A stretch of 58,571 bases of DNA, counting the filler, from Sphacelaria rigidula (lineage: Eukaryota): assembly GCA_964200075.2 (NCBI GenBank). It is 7 parts of 7 records of this genome, joined end to end, with 100 filler letters (N's around TTAATTAATTAA, not from the genome) between each part and the next. Parts side by side here need not be neighbours in the genome. Positions count along the whole stretch, not along the records: positions 1 to 8,283 come from CAXNAA020011659.1; positions 8,384 to 16,665 come from CAXNAA020011660.1; 5 more parts are not named here. One strand, given 5' to 3'. The notes below the pieces were generated by a model that saw only the letters and a list, made by a program, of their open reading frames with translations, did no database searches and was not told the DNA's origin. The translations under genes and the position numbers were made by a program. Shown here in pieces: positions 1 to 13,419 of this stretch (the stretch's first letter is position 1; the number at the start of each line of letters is the position of its first letter).

Positions 1-141
1 TCAACGACGATCTGACTCGAAACTTCGAGCAACAAATGCCCCAAAATACCCCCACCCCTATCGTAGGATGGCTCTTTAGCAGATGCGCCTGCTCGCCTTC
101 TAGATCTTACGGATAGTGATAGTGACAATTCGGCTCGCCCA

Positions 142-1626
142 TTGCCTTCTACCTCGGCTCGGTCACTAGCTGCCGTCGCCACAGCCAAACAACATGCTGC
201 CGCTGATAAAGCCGCTTCCGATACTCGTAGAGAAGCATCTCGTGTCGCTGCAATCAAGCGTGAGTACTTACAGGTGGATGTTAAGAAACTATGGCATATC
301 AAAACCATGCCTGCTGCAGACAATGAGGACTCTGGTTAGTTTACATCCGCTCTCATTTGCTCAATGCGTCGAACTATGCGCAACATCCTCGAGTTGGCCG
401 ACGCAACTGGACAACAACGTTTCGAAGACTCTGACTGGATTGATGGATGGCAAACCCCGTTACAAAAGTCTTTGCATCGCTTAATCAGCCGCCGCCCCCC
501 TGGCATCGCTGCCTCCTTGACGCAGATTCTCGACTCCTTCTTCCAAGCCATGGATCAAGATTGTGCCGGCGGGCAAACAGCGCCGCTACTATTCGGCAAT
601 TTGGAAAGGCGTATCATAAGTCATTTTGATAAGTTCGACCAGGCCGGCGCGATCAAGCACCTCAGCTCCTTCGCTGTGACAACGGATGTACCCGTCGCTG
701 ACTACCTACGCGAATTCAAGCTTTTGGTGTCTAGTGTAACTGGTACTGGCCGACAGAATGACCCTAGTGATGCTATGTGTCAGACGTATATTCGCAATAG
801 TATCGCTCAGCAACTTCCGACGCTGATGCCGTCTCTGTTTCCGGGCGCTTTGGCGCACAAAGAGTTGCCTTGCGCCTCCGTAGACGCGATGTGGACTGCG
901 TTTGTAGATCAAGAACATAATTTAACGCCTGCCATTCGTAGCACACAGTGTTCTTCTGGGTCTTCGCAGACCTTACATGCCGCATCCACGAGTACCTCCG
1001 GGTCGCGTGGACGCACTCACACTTTGTCCGGCAATACTTGGACACCCAACACTGTCGGTGGATCGGTCATGTCTGTTCATAGCTAAAAAGGCCCGTTCCG
1101 AGCAAGCTTCGACGCTTGGTCTTGTTCGGCAGACACTTTTGATGACGTTTATGTCGTTTCCACAACTGCTTTCATCACGGATGACCCACATTTGTGGACC
1201 CCCTTGCTTTCGCCTTCGGCTCGCAAGGACGCTTTTCGTCGCTATGCTAACACATGCATCAACTGCAATGGCACTGGCCACAGTATGCGTGACTGCCCTG
1301 AACCTTGCATCAATACGTTTTCGCTCGTGAACCCTAAACTTCAGAGCAACGGGCCGGCGTGGCGCCGATGGCAAAAATGCATGCGCGAGTATCGTACACC
1401 ATCTCGCCACCATCACCAGCCTCACCACAATCATAGTGACTCTCGCTCACATCGCGACCGTCGCCACGCCACCAACACCATCTCAGGTACTCCCCATCGA
1501 GATACTTCTTTCCGCGCTTCTCAGTCTTCGCATGGTCATCACCAGCGAACGGGGCGGACTCACGACAACTCAAACCCCAATGCCAGAAACCCTGGCTTTT
1601 TCATGACGGATCGCAACAACCCATGA
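142..1626 (+). pseudogene. gag: gag-like polyprotein (disrupted) with CX2CX4HX4C zinc knuckle
   Basis: ORFs 142-339, 364-1086 and 1192-1626 share one frame, separated by stops. CINCNGTGHSMRDC at 1255-1296. Confidence 0.8.
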
Positions 1627-2699
1627 CACGCCGATGACGGCGTGAAGTCTTCGGCGCCGCCGATAGCAGAATCGAAGACTCATCCAACACACACCGCCGC
1701 TTGGGTGACAAAACGTTCTCACCCAAACTTTTCGACTGTATGTAGGAGATCTAAGGACGGCCGTTCTTCTCGACCCCCGTCTCTGTCTTCTCACACACAG
1801 CGTAACCGCTGTGTTGACCCACCACCTAGCTCTATGCTTGGCTCCAGAATTGGTCCTCCGGAACCAAGTATATATCTGAGGTGTGGAAAGACCGACCGCG
1901 GACCCTTGAGGCACAGGCTTCCCTCAACGACCGCACACACCGGTTGTAGCAGAATTTCTTCAAGTGATTCTGGTGTTGATGATTTGAAACTGACCACTTC
2001 AAATCCTTCGACTCCTACCCAGCCTGATCGCAGTCATTCGTCGCGCCACCCTTCTGCCGCGAAACTACCCCAACATACAACGGAGAGCACTCGTCCCCTC
2101 TCACATTTAGCAGTGCCCTTTGTACCGAGCTTGCCAGCGTACAGTCCACAAGTTTCGGCCGAGCATGCTCCGATGCTGACAATATCACCTCAACTGGACG
2201 CAGTTGCAGTTTCTCAAGAAGTCTTGGAAGTTCCCAACCATTTTTCACGGCACGAGAGGAAGCCTCGTCGTCATGCCACCAGAAAAGCGCGAGCATCGAT
2301 ACCCCTCCCGCCAGCGGAAAATTCCGACCTCATTCTCCCCCAAAAGCGGCGACTTTGAGCTTGATGACATTGCCAGGCATCCAAGAGGAATCCGAATCGA
2401 ACCTTTCAGACGGTACCGCATCCACAACTGATGACCCCCGTGGCACTTCGCAGCAATCTCTCTTCAATGACAACCCTTGTGTTTCCAAGCCAGTCATCTA
2501 CGAGATTGATCAACATCCTGATTCACGCTGCTCCTCACGATCGGATCATATCCCCAGGCTGTCTACTGATACCTTTGAACCCCCCGCGGATCACCTACCA
2601 TCCGTCTTCACGGTCAGTCCGACAAATCCTGACCAATTCACGTTATCTGAACATGGCCCTGACCTCGTTGGTGGTAAGGTGTCCGTTGACCCTGCCACC

Positions 2700-3060
2700 T
2701 TCACTACCCACGTAGTATTGCACTGCGGCCCTTACGCCACCGCGCGCGCCAAGTGCGTCTCGTTATTAGATAGCGGTAGTGCACAGACATTCATAAAAAA
2801 ATCCATGTGGAATCATATGAAGCAGACTAGCGCTGCTTCCGATGTCTGCGAAATCACCACCCAACCTCGCGTTTGGGGCTGTTTCGGCGACTCCAAAACA
2901 CCCTTGACGACACGAAAATCTGTTTGTCTTAGTGTGCAATTTTTTCCCAGTGATACACGTTCGGCTAGTCTCGCAGTCTGGGCTTACATCGTCCCTGGCA
3001 GCACCATGCATCATGCTCTCCTTATTGGCAGAGATAGCTACATGCGATCGACCAACGTAC
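2700..3060 (+). pseudogene. Retropepsin-type aspartic protease domain
   Basis: VSLLDSGSAQTFI active-site motif and downstream LLIGRD motif in ORF 2355-3119. Confidence 0.85.
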
Positions 3061-3806
3061 GTACCGCACCCTCCCACCATTATCGCCTCAGTCGGCGCTT
3101 CGTGGAAAACTCCGACTAGAACACTTTGGTACCCTCAGTGGTGCCTTAGCCTACAAAAAGAAAGAGCAGGCTACCGGAGCGGCTTACCACCTTCGGGACA
3201 ATGGCAGTTCTGGTGTCACCCTTTCCGACGAGCCTCAACTCTCGGAAGTTTTGCTTGTTCGCAACGGTATGCCTGCCCTCATCGGCCTCTACCTTGCGGA
3301 ATTTCTACCTAAAGTTGGTGCGCCCGCTGGCACTGAGAATTTTGTCTCGGACGGCGAACAACATCTGCCTCTCACAGTGGCCATGCTAATTTGGAACCTG
3401 GCGATGTCTTGGGCATCGACGCGGCTCCTCTTATGCACATTCCTCTGGATACCTGTGTAGCCGACCCTCCGGCGCCCAGTCCCACACCGCCGACTGATGG
3501 TTATGTTCACTGCGTTGATGAGCAATACTTTAATCTATCCCCCTCACCCCCGACTCGGATTTCTGCGGTGGAATCCGACCGACCACCTGCTAAACCTCCT
3601 GATAAAGTGCTTCAACGCTTATCAGTCGAGTCTCGGGAACACTTCCTGCAAATGTAGCACCAACTTCCACCTCGTTTGCGTGATCTCCATTTCGATCTAC
3701 ATGGTCCGGGCTGGGAGCCCACATCATTCAAGAGTTACAAGATGTTCACCTGAAATACCAGGAAAGGGTTTTCCCATCCAAAACAGATGTCGGGCATTGT
3801 AAAACG

Positions 3807-5130
3807 TTGCCATTCGAGATAACCCTGCAATCTGGCGTTTCGCCAACGTCGTCTCGACCATATCGAACGAATCCCCTCCTCACCAAAAAAGTCAATGCTA
3901 TTTTGGATGCATACTTAGGAGCTGGTCTGATTTTACACTCGTCTCTCCCATGGGCCTCACCCCTCGTGGTCGTGCCCAAAAAAGATGGCAACATACGCAT
4001 CACAGTGAATTACAAACGGCTGAATCGCGTCACTGTCGTGGGAAAACTCCCCATACCTCGCATCGGCGAAGTCTTCCACTCTCTTGGCGAAGGAAAAATA
4101 TTTAGCACGTTCGACCTGGAATCTGGATTTTTCCAAAATGCAATTCACCCCGATACAGTTCCATTGACAGCGTTCTGTACATCTTCAGGGCTTCATGAAT
4201 GGCTTCGTATGCCACAAGGCGCTGCCACAGCACCTGACTGCTTTCAACGCCTCATGTAATGCGTTACTGACGGTCTCAAGCATGTTATCATGTATCTAGA
4301 CGATGCTATCGCTTTTGATGCCTCCCCCAAGGCGCATGTTTGCACTCTACGGGATTTCCTCTCCCGCTTGCATACACACGACTTGAAATTGTCTCCATCC
4401 GAAGCTCGACGAGGAGCTCGACGAGGAGCGACTGGATTAGATTTTTTGGGACACTCTATCTCCCCTGCTGGATTGCACCCAGACACGAACAAGGTCAAGG
4501 CTATGACTGACATGCCCATGCCCACCAATATTCTGAAGCTTCGCTCGCTGTTGGGCGGACTTTCTTATTATCGTAAATTTTTTCCCAACTTGTCCACGCG
4601 CATCCGGCCCATCACCGATTTATTGAAGAAACACGTCCCGTTTGTCTTCACTAAAGAAATGGAAGCTACCGTCCGCGAATTGCCCAAAATACTGACCGAA
4701 AAACCGGTTCTTTGTTTCCCGGAGGGGGATGCGGTACAAGACGGCTCACGTCTTTTCCAACTACACACCGATGCTAGCACAGATGGATTCGGCGCCGTTT
4801 TGAATCAGCCTCAACTGGATGGCTCTGTCCGATCTATTTTGTACATCAGCAGCGCAACCCTCCCAAACGAGGCAAACTGGAGCCCACTCGAACTAGAAGG
4901 CGGAGTCATAACTTGAGCTATTAAATGGCTTCGACAGTATTTGTTCCACGTGCCTTTCCACATCTGTACAGATCACGGAGCTCTTGAACAACTCGCTAAG
5001 GTTGGAGAACATGACCCCCGCGTACAACGGTGGGTGGAGTTCTCGACTGCTTATCAGTACACTGTTAAACACTTTCCGGGCGAAACCAACGGCAATGCTG
5101 ACCTTCTTTCGCGATTGCCTCTGCTCCCTA
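3807..5130 (+). pseudogene. pol: Reverse transcriptase + RNase H (disrupted)
   Basis: PWASPLVVVPKKDG, FSTFDLESGFFQ, MPQG, YLDD, FLGH, LHTDASTDGFGAVL, TDH, NGNADLLSR. Stops at 4257 and 4914. In-frame 12-bp duplication (ARRG x2) near 4404-4427. Confidence 0.92.
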
Positions 5131-6089
5131 CAGCGGTAGATTTCAGGACCGCTTGCCGCTTGATTGAACCTGATGAACCAGGCGTCTATCCCATTCCGCG
5201 TTTTTCTACGCCCATTTACGCGCTTGATCTTCAATACCCTGGAACAGGTCTGCACATGCCCCCCCCCCAGCCCTCTGCCCCTTGATACAGTTTTGGATGG
5301 CTTAGCTCCCACAGCTGCTCATTTCGTTGACTTCCGCACGTTCGGCCCTCGCGCGAACATCTCGGCGCCGCCACCACCAACTGTTTATCTCATCTCCGAC
5401 AACACGCGTTCTCGGTCGGCAGCGCGTGCAAATTCTTCGCGTGCCGTGCTACCACCGCCGCCGTCGGCCGCTTCTAGCAATGCGTCGCCGCCGCCGCCTC
5501 GCGCCCCGTACAACACCTACCACAACCGGCCGCGTGTCCGTGTTGTACCGACAACGTCCGCGCCCCTTGTGCACCCCACGCGCCGCTCACGTTCACCAGT
5601 TCGCGCTACCCCCACGCCGCCTTCTGGGAATCTCCCTGCACCTGCGCCTCTGACTTGCGCTACGCATGCGTCAGATCCGCTTTAGGATCAAAATGTCGAC
5701 GTCGGTACCCCTGCTTCCTCACCTGTGCCACCCCTTCCTGAGCCACCATTTTTGGCTGGCTCTCCGGCTGAAGGAAAACTTCGAAAATTTCTCGCTAGTT
5801 ACTCTCACCGCGACTGGGCTCGCGACCAACAACAGGAACCGCTCTGTCGCGCGACAATGCGGTACTTACGGCTTAACTGCCCCACCCGTTTCCCGGCTGA
5901 GATCCTGATCCCCGTGGGAACTCTACCCGCCCCCACCGCCTCTGAAGTGCTCGAGCTTGCACGCAAAGGTACCATCTTCACGACTGACGACGATGTCCAT
6001 TATTTGTTTGTTCGCCGATCCAACTCCCATTTGGGCACGGCTGCCGCAGTAACAACTGCCACTCCGGCACATATGCGTCATGACGCCCC

Positions 6090-7300
6090 TATCCGCATCT
6101 ATGTCCCCATCATGATGCGTCCGTGGGTCATGAAGGGCTGCCACTCTGATTTATCCTGCCACTTAGGCGTCACGCGCACGTTAGCGCTCCTTGAACCCCT
6201 TTTATTAGTGGATCGGCATGGAAGCATCCACGCGTTTTTGGATCCGACGATGTTTCAAATGTTAGGCTCGCAAACCCTCTCGATAGACTATACGATGGCC
6301 GGTGATCTCCATGGAACTTCCGAACACTCCTGGTCACTTCGTATCGTTTGACTACTTCGGCCCTTTACCCACCACTGACCGTGGTAATACCTACATTCTG
6401 CTTTTCACCGATCGCTTCAGCCGTCACGTGTCAATGTACGCTGTTACTGCTAGCGATTTCACTGCTGCCGGCACAGTGGACATTCTCGTCCATGACTACA
6501 TCAAGCACTATGGCTGCCCGAAACGGCTCCTCTCCGACAATGGTCAACAATTTTGCTCCGAACTCTCGGATGCTTTGTACAAGCTCCTTGGCATTCGTAA
6601 AATTGCCACGAGCGCCTACCACCCTAACGGTGACGATGGGACTGGACGTGTGAATCACCCTATGGCTCAAATGTTCTCCATGGTCGTAGACGACCGCCAG
6701 AATGACTGGGATCTTCATCTTTCGCATGTCATGCTGTCTTACAACAATTCGGTTAACGCGGCTACAGGCCTCTCGCCCAACGAGCTGCATCTTGGACGCT
6801 ACCCCCGTCTGCCCGTCACCGTTTTCGAAAGACATACCTTCGATGGTCACCAAGGTCTGGAACAGGATCAGGTGTCCTACCATGACCTCGCCAGGGCTCG
6901 TCAGCGCAAGGCCTTCACTTTGGTGCGCGAACAACACGCTATCAACGCCTCACGCCTTCAAAGATCCAATACCGCCCTCTACAACTTGATGCACAAACGC
7001 TCTACTTGGAAGATCGGCGATTGGGTCTGGATCTACAACAGGTTGTCCACCATCCGTCAAGGCGCGGACCGCACTGCCCATGCAACAGTCTTTGAAGACC
7101 AAACTGTTCCTTAATTGGACGGGTCCGTTCAAGATTCTCATAGTAGGACCCTCGCCAACGTCTCCTGACGGCAAGCCTGGTGGCGACAAACTCCTCTACC
7201 TGGATTTACCTCGTGACCTCCAGGGACATGACCCTAAATCTCGCGTCTCTGTACATCGTTGCAAGCCTTACACAAGCCCGCATGACACTACTGACATGCC
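6090..7300 (+). pseudogene. Integrase (HHCC, DDE core, GPF motif), disrupted
   Basis: HSDLSCHLG...CFKC (frameshifted), SFDYFGP, LLSDNG, WTGPFKIL. The expected catalytic Glu reads G (DGTGRVN). Confidence 0.92.
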
Positions 7301-7406
7301 TCAATACCTGCCTGCAGGTCTCACTCAATACGTGCTCAACAGCTACTCAACAAAATCTCCACCGTACCACGTTACCACCGATGACGTGACTGAACAACCT
7401 CTCCGC

Positions 7407-7562
7407 TTGGCCGTGTCCCACATTTCCGGCCATCAAACCACTCGAGGTTCTGGCGGCAAAACTGCTGTTATGTACAAGACACACTGGCAAAGTCTTCGGC
7501 GTGCGTCTTGGGAACGCGAGTCCGACCTTCAACTGCACCGTCGTGCTATCCTTCTTTATTGG
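7407..7562 (+). other. Integrase C-terminal chromodomain
   Basis: LAVSHISGHQTTRG...MYKTHWQSLRRASWERESDL matches chromodomain pattern VExI..HR...Y.V.W.G....WE.E..L. Confidence 0.75.
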
Positions 7563-7735
7563 ACGCAATCCCCACAGGAACAGCTCGCCGACAAAACAAA
7601 GGATATCGCAACAAGAGACGCGGTGCTGCAGCCCGCGAACTCCACCGCGACAAAGGGCTACGGTTTGTAGCCGATGGTTACAAACTCGTACCCACCAAAC
7701 AATGGGACGAGAAGATTCGCGCAAAACAACAACCG

Positions 7736-7940
7736 CTCCCTAAAGGTGCCTATTTGTGGTATGAAGGCAGCGATTACCTCTGGTGGCTAGGTCAGATCCA
7801 CTCCGTCGATACCCTCACGGCCGACACGTACATCGTGCGTTTCCTCGACGACCCTGAGCCCGTTCAGCTCAAGCTTCGCCCCGATTTATACATGACTAGC
7901 CCCTCCGCACCCCGCGGTTCCTGGTGCCTACAACGCTTCA
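7736..7940 (+). other. PWWP/Tudor-like (Royal family) domain after the chromodomain
   Basis: LPKGAYLWYEGSDYLWWLGQIHSVDTLTADTYIVRFLDD resembles PWWP consensus G.lVW.K..GyPWWP..I...Y.V.F. Confidence 0.6.
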
Positions 7941-8283
7941 AGTCACACGGCCTACGCCAAGGCCTTCAGCGCAATATCGGTCGTACACACTAATAGGAAG
8001 CCTCATGCACCGGGTGCATTGTCGCGGGAAGTTGTAGGCCTGCCATGGCCAGTTGAGACCAGGTATCATTTATGTAATTATTTCACTCTCGCATTTGCCC
8101 ACTCACACATAACACACACATGCTTAAACCACCACTGAATCAGAACTGACACACAACTACAACACCACTGAATCAAGTGGGGCGGGAAACCGTTCATAGA
8201 AAATCACACGTAACAACAAATTGTGCGAATTGGGGTTTAACTCCAAGATGAGGTCCAAGCCTAAACCAGTGCTTTCCCCACAC

Positions 8284-8383
8284 NNNNNNNNNNNNNNNNN
8301 NNNNNNNNNNNNNNNNNNNNNNNNNNNTTAATTAATTAANNNNNNNNNNNNNNNNNNNNNNNNNNNNNNNNNNNNNNNNNNNN
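8284..8383. other. Artificial contig linker (44N-TTAATTAATTAA-44N)
   Basis: Identical linkers at 8284-8383, 16666-16765, 25048-25147, 33429-33528, 41810-41909 and 50191-50290. The 12-mer puts stop codons in all six frames. Confidence 0.97.
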
Positions 8384-11300
8384 AAGTTTCAATGGGTGTG
8401 TTTGGGGGATGCAGATGTGGACACCTTTGGTGGAAGGGGGGTTTGGGGGGGGGGGGGGGGGGGAGGGGGCTCGATGGTAGGAGAGCAGAGAAAGTGTGCA
8501 TGCAATGAGTCAAAAGCGCTGAAAGGTTTCGACGTCTGTACCGTTGATAGCGTTTTCGTGCACATCATCACAATGAGTCAGAGTTGCGGAAGAGTTGAAT
8601 GGGAACAGAACAGGGTGGGGGGGGGGGGGGGAGGGTTACTTCGCGAACGTCCCTAAAGTGTCGTGCCGTCACGGTACAAGGTGCCGAACGGCATGTTTGG
8701 GTCGTTCAGCTCGACTCAACGCCTCTTGTGCGCCAGACCTCTTTCAGAACAACATCGCCGGCTGACCTTCAATGTTGGTAACCCGGACATTGTCATCGAG
8801 TATCCCCCTTCTGCGAGGAACACCCCCACTGCTAACATACCGTATATTCCGCGCTCTCGAACCCCTGCGTCATGTATAGTGTCCAACCAAAGCAAATTGC
8901 TCACGTACTGCCGACGGTTCACCTAGGGTCAATCTGAGGACGGGTTGGCGCCGGAGGGGTTGAGCAAAAGTCTACGACGAAAATGATGTGCACAGCAAGT
9001 CGCTATTTTGCAACCCGTCCACAAAGCAACGCCGGCGAAAAACCCTTCTATATGCCTCCCCCGTCGAGTAAGTACCTATTGATGATATTCTGTGACACAT
9101 GAATGAAATCCTGGCGGGGGAGGAGGTCTGAGTGCATTTTTGAGACCCTTTGATGTGCTCTCAATTAGTCCAAGAATCTCACGAAAAATCGTCAAGTTCT
9201 ACGAGCGTACGTATGGCACGAAGAAAAGAAAGTGGCAAAAGAGACCAGGTGCTCTTCAGCCCCCCCTCCTCCCCCCGCCCGCCCCCCTCCCCAAAGAAGC
9301 TCTTATGGGAAAGTGGGGGGAAGAAGGAGAAAAAAACAAGACGGGTCGATGTTCAGCAAGCATTTCTTGAGAACTACACACCACCAGCGAGGCAACCGTA
9401 GTCCGTACTAACGTGCCAACACTGCACCTGTCGATCAATATCACCTACTTGGGACAGGGCAATGAATCTAGGCAGAATTTCCGCGACAGTGCACCGAATC
9501 ACCCGTATTTTGAACAATCCAAAAATGCGGCGCATGTGGCGATCAGACACTTCCAACAGCTCAACGAATCTCCTATGGAGCCACCTCCCGTCGAAGATGA
9601 CCATCGAAAAGCTAGGGACCTTGATCTTTCACATGAAGCCACCATGGGGATGATTCTGACATGCACCAGGCCCAAGCAGCACCCTGAAAAACGGATGCTA
9701 CAATAGGTCCATCATAAAATAGCCGAAAAGGTGCCAAAGAAACGTACACGAAATTCAGATGAAATAGGTATCGAATCACGACATCTGGACGCTTGAATCG
9801 ACCTTGTCTGGGAATATTTGAATCTGTATTAGAAGCCCTCAGTGGATACTCTCAGACCTGGAGATACGGCAAGTCAAACCTAAAGATGAATTAATTACTG
9901 GACGGAGGTGGTATGAACACAACAGCAGACCAGTATCCTGCCTACAGCATTCAGCAGCCATTTGTTCATCATCGGCGGTCTGCGTTATCACCGTTCCCAG
10001 CATTAGCTCACGGCATACAGCCGCAGCATCAATTCACAGCATCAGCTTCGCGGCATGCAGCAGCAGCAGCAGCAGCGACGGCGACAGGAAAAAGGGTGGT
10101 TACTGAGGCGCTGCTCCCACCAACCTTCATTACTCCTGCATACTTGCCGACGTATGCACAATAGTGTATGTGTGAGTGTCTTGAGAAAGGTGTCGACTAC
10201 TATTTGGGGGGGGGGGGGGGGGGTGGCCGGAGAGCTCCTCTCAACTAAGCTACCGTTGGGTGACAACTATAGATAGAGGCGAAGGTTTTGTTGGAGGACA
10301 GCTAGGGTTTCGAAATGATACCACTGTATATGCGCAATTTGATTACGAAATGTACATGTTGTCCGCGTTTCTGCTCTTGCAACGGCCGCCTTTGAAAATC
10401 AACACGTTCATTCCATCTCAAGAACTCATCAGACGAAAACAGACGACAGAGCGGGCCGGTAGAGCCTAGCCGGGTGATCTCTACAGACAGTACAGCACGC
10501 AGTGCCTCGCTCATGTCGTTCGTGTTCGTGTTCGTCGTTCCTCTCAAGAAGCTTACATTACATAATGTCTCGAACACGTTCTGGGGCACTTGTGATGGGG
10601 ATAAATACACCCAACGTACGACAGGTACAGGAACTTACCGCTTAGGCAGTGCGTTCAACCGTACTACCCCGCTGGAGCATTGGTTCGACAGAGCACACAG
10701 TGGGATCGTATCGTGCGAGCAAGTACCAAGAGCAAGTGACTTTTTACTCATAGCTCGTTAGGGCATTTGCATGACTTTACCGGTGTTTCCAAAAACATGG
10801 TTTCATCGTGAAGAAAAAGAGAGCTGAAAAAAAATGATGGCACGAAAAACCCTTGTAAAAAAGTACCAACTATAATACAGAGAAGTGGGGTCCCCACGCT
10901 TCAGGTAGTATAGAGCACGGCAAAAGTCGATCGCTCTGTCGCTGGACTGAGCCTCGAAGTGGATCGGGACGTACTTAGCGAAGAAGTAGTGATGCAAGCA
11001 TATTTCCAATGCCGTCAAACGGGGTCCCGCCTTGAAATAGATCCAACATTAAGTGGTTATACCACTGTACAGTATAATACCGACCAGGGCCACCTTCGAA
11101 CAACTCCACATGAGAAACAATAACATAGCTGTTTTGCTGACAATCTTCTCCAGAAACAACGCGTGAGCGTCCCCGACTCGGCAAGCAGCATCGCTCAACA
11201 TCTTGACCTTGCAGGTGCGTTCAACAGAGCACACGTAGAGAACACGCACGGGTGCTGCAGCATACACCTGGTCTGCAGCGGTACTCGCCGCCAAAGCCAG

Positions 11301-12112
11301 ATATTTATCTTTTTCCACACAGTACTCTCCAACCGAAAAACAGGCAAAGCCGCATGACAACGATTTCGCGTCATGCCACGCCCACAAAAGGTGGAAGACG
11401 TCATTAACCCTATCGGGACGGCAGAGCAGCACCGCTCCTGCGCCGTACACCACGAATCGCTCGCCCCGTCTTTTTCCGACTGCATTCACGCGAAACTGAG
11501 AACGGTGACGAGCTGCACCCCAAGGCAACGCCTTCGTGCCCATCGAGCCCTTCAATGTAACGCAGAGAAACCAAACGAAGGCTGTCACCATGGCGGCGGC
11601 AGGGAGATCGCAGGTCTGCGATGTCAATCTCTGCTACCTCGAGCCTGGTCCATTGTAATGAAGATGAAAGTTGTGAGGGATGTCCCACGTTTCTTGTTAC
11701 GGGTGTGTTGGTTTGTAAATTGGCTGTGACAGCTGCGGTGGGTGCAATTCATGCTTCTCTTCGCTATGCTGAGTTCCGAAGCGACACTTGATACTTCAGG
11801 ATTAAGGTCTCAAATCAGGGCTCTGAACCTGACAAGTTTATCCTGAGTATGTTTCCAGCATCCGATGTGTGCCGCTACCGGCTTTTTGTCCTTGCATCCT
11901 GATTCTGACAATAATGAAATAAAAAACAGTTCTACGAAATTCTCTGATGTCTTCGGTCTGTACTGTACGAACACCTTTGTGTGCTACTTCAGAGATGACT
12001 ATGAAACAGCGGGTATTGAATAAACGCCCCGGTATTGGAGCGTGGCTAGGAATGAGCCAGGTCTAGGCAAGGTAGTTTAGGCCAAAAGCGTCGTTGTTTT
12101 ATGTCGCGATAA

Positions 12113-12716
12113 ACGAGCTGAGCCAGCTTGAAGCATTTTTTGGCACTTGACCAGCTTTGCACGGCTTGTTTTCAAGGGTCAAGAACTGGAATGTTGACAC
12201 AAAGTTTACATTATCAAGACGCAAAAACTGACCGACTTAGCAGGAGAAAAAAAAACCCAGCAAGATAGAGCCACTTTTAGATTCTGACAAAACCTTCAAT
12301 GTCGTACCTCAATAAAATTATATTTCGGCACAGCGGTCAGTTTTTGCTATCGACGTGTAGAACGTACACAAAAATTTCAGTTCAGCTCAACACTCTCGAA
12401 AAGGGGCCGTCCTTTCGACTTTTTGTGTGACACCGTTGCACCCTGCTGTCTAACTGGAGTAAGAGACTTCCACAAGGGCGGAAGGTGATGACTTCGAATC
12501 CCGACATATACCTTTTTTTGTGCATAATCTGGTTCCATCGTTGACGCCATATATTATGCAGTACATTTTCTTCATTTTATATTTTTGCCGGGAGAGCTTG
12601 CATCAGCTGGTTGTTGTGCACTTCACAGCGATATACTAACATCGGGTTCATTCGGGAGACTGGAAAAGTTATCGTGTGGTGGAGAAAATGTGACCTTTTC
12701 GGCTGGCCCAGCTCGT
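12113..12716. mobile_element. ~600-bp MITE-like element with ACGAGCTGGGCCAGC-type terminal inverted repeats
   Basis: acgagctgagccagc (12113-12127) is inverted to gctggcccagctcgt (12702-12716). Internal similarity to 20677-21292. Confidence 0.55.
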
Positions 12717-13419
12717 ATAACAGTCCAGTGCGTAGCCACACATGCAACTGCTTGTAAGCCACACGGTCATGTTGAAGTCATACAGTAAACAGCCTCAGCG
12801 TTACAGTGCCGATCCGCGCATAAGAAGCAGCTATTTTGAGCGAGACCCGAAACCTTACTTGGGCGGCCGATATGATCGTCACGTTATATTTCGCCATTTC
12901 TCATGTCTTGCCAAGAAAAGTGTATCTGTTCCTTACTTTGGTCACTGCAGAACGATATTTGACGTACAACAAGTTGAATGATGTTCCGACAGGAGGGGCA
13001 GCATTGAGCGTAATCATCGGTTCAACCCACCGAGGGCAAAGACGCCTTGGGTCGCTGATAATGTTGCGTCTACATCTCCCTGCGGCCTCAACCTACACAT
13101 GCGTAGAGTTTCAGCATCATCAGACGTCAGGTGCGCCTTGTCTAGGCGTCCAACCTCCCAAAATACCGCCTCCATATTATTGAACGGGAACAACCTTGAC
13201 TTCTGTCACAACCGTCGTCCTCGTGACAGGAGCACAAAGATCCTGTACAGACTCAAAAGTGCGTGACACCCAATCGACTGATTCGGAGAAACCTCTTTTA
13301 CCCGAATCAACCGTTGAACTCCTATTACCTGGGATTCTCACACCCAGAATACCGCCCAAAAGTCGGCCTCAGTTGCCACCCTACTCGCTACTCGCAGTTT
13401 TCAGCCATGGGAGTATCGG

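Larger units (their letters stand above)
1..7993 (+). mobile_element. Decayed Ty3/gypsy (chromovirus-like) LTR retrotransposon internal region: gag-PR-RT-RH-INT-chromodomain-PWWP/Tudor-like
   Basis: Motifs occur in gypsy order: CCHC knuckle 1255-1296, LLDSGS 2763-2780, YLDD 4293-4304, RNase H LHTDAS, integrase core, WTGPF, chromodomain. Many in-frame stops (337, 1084, 1624, 3655, 4257, 4914) and frameshifts. No LTR pair visible in the contig. Confidence 0.95.

Noticed and set aside
7994-8283. 3' LTR / polypurine tract of the first gypsy element
   Set aside because: No matching 5' LTR in the contig and no clear purine tract followed by TG.
8328-8339. TTAATTAATTAA palindrome as a biological motif
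   Set aside because: Always centred in 44+44 N, so it is an assembly linker.
13085-13130. Hammerhead ribozyme on the minus strand (CTGATGA-tgct-GAAAC)
   Set aside because: No stem II, and stem I cannot close after the putative cleavage triplet.
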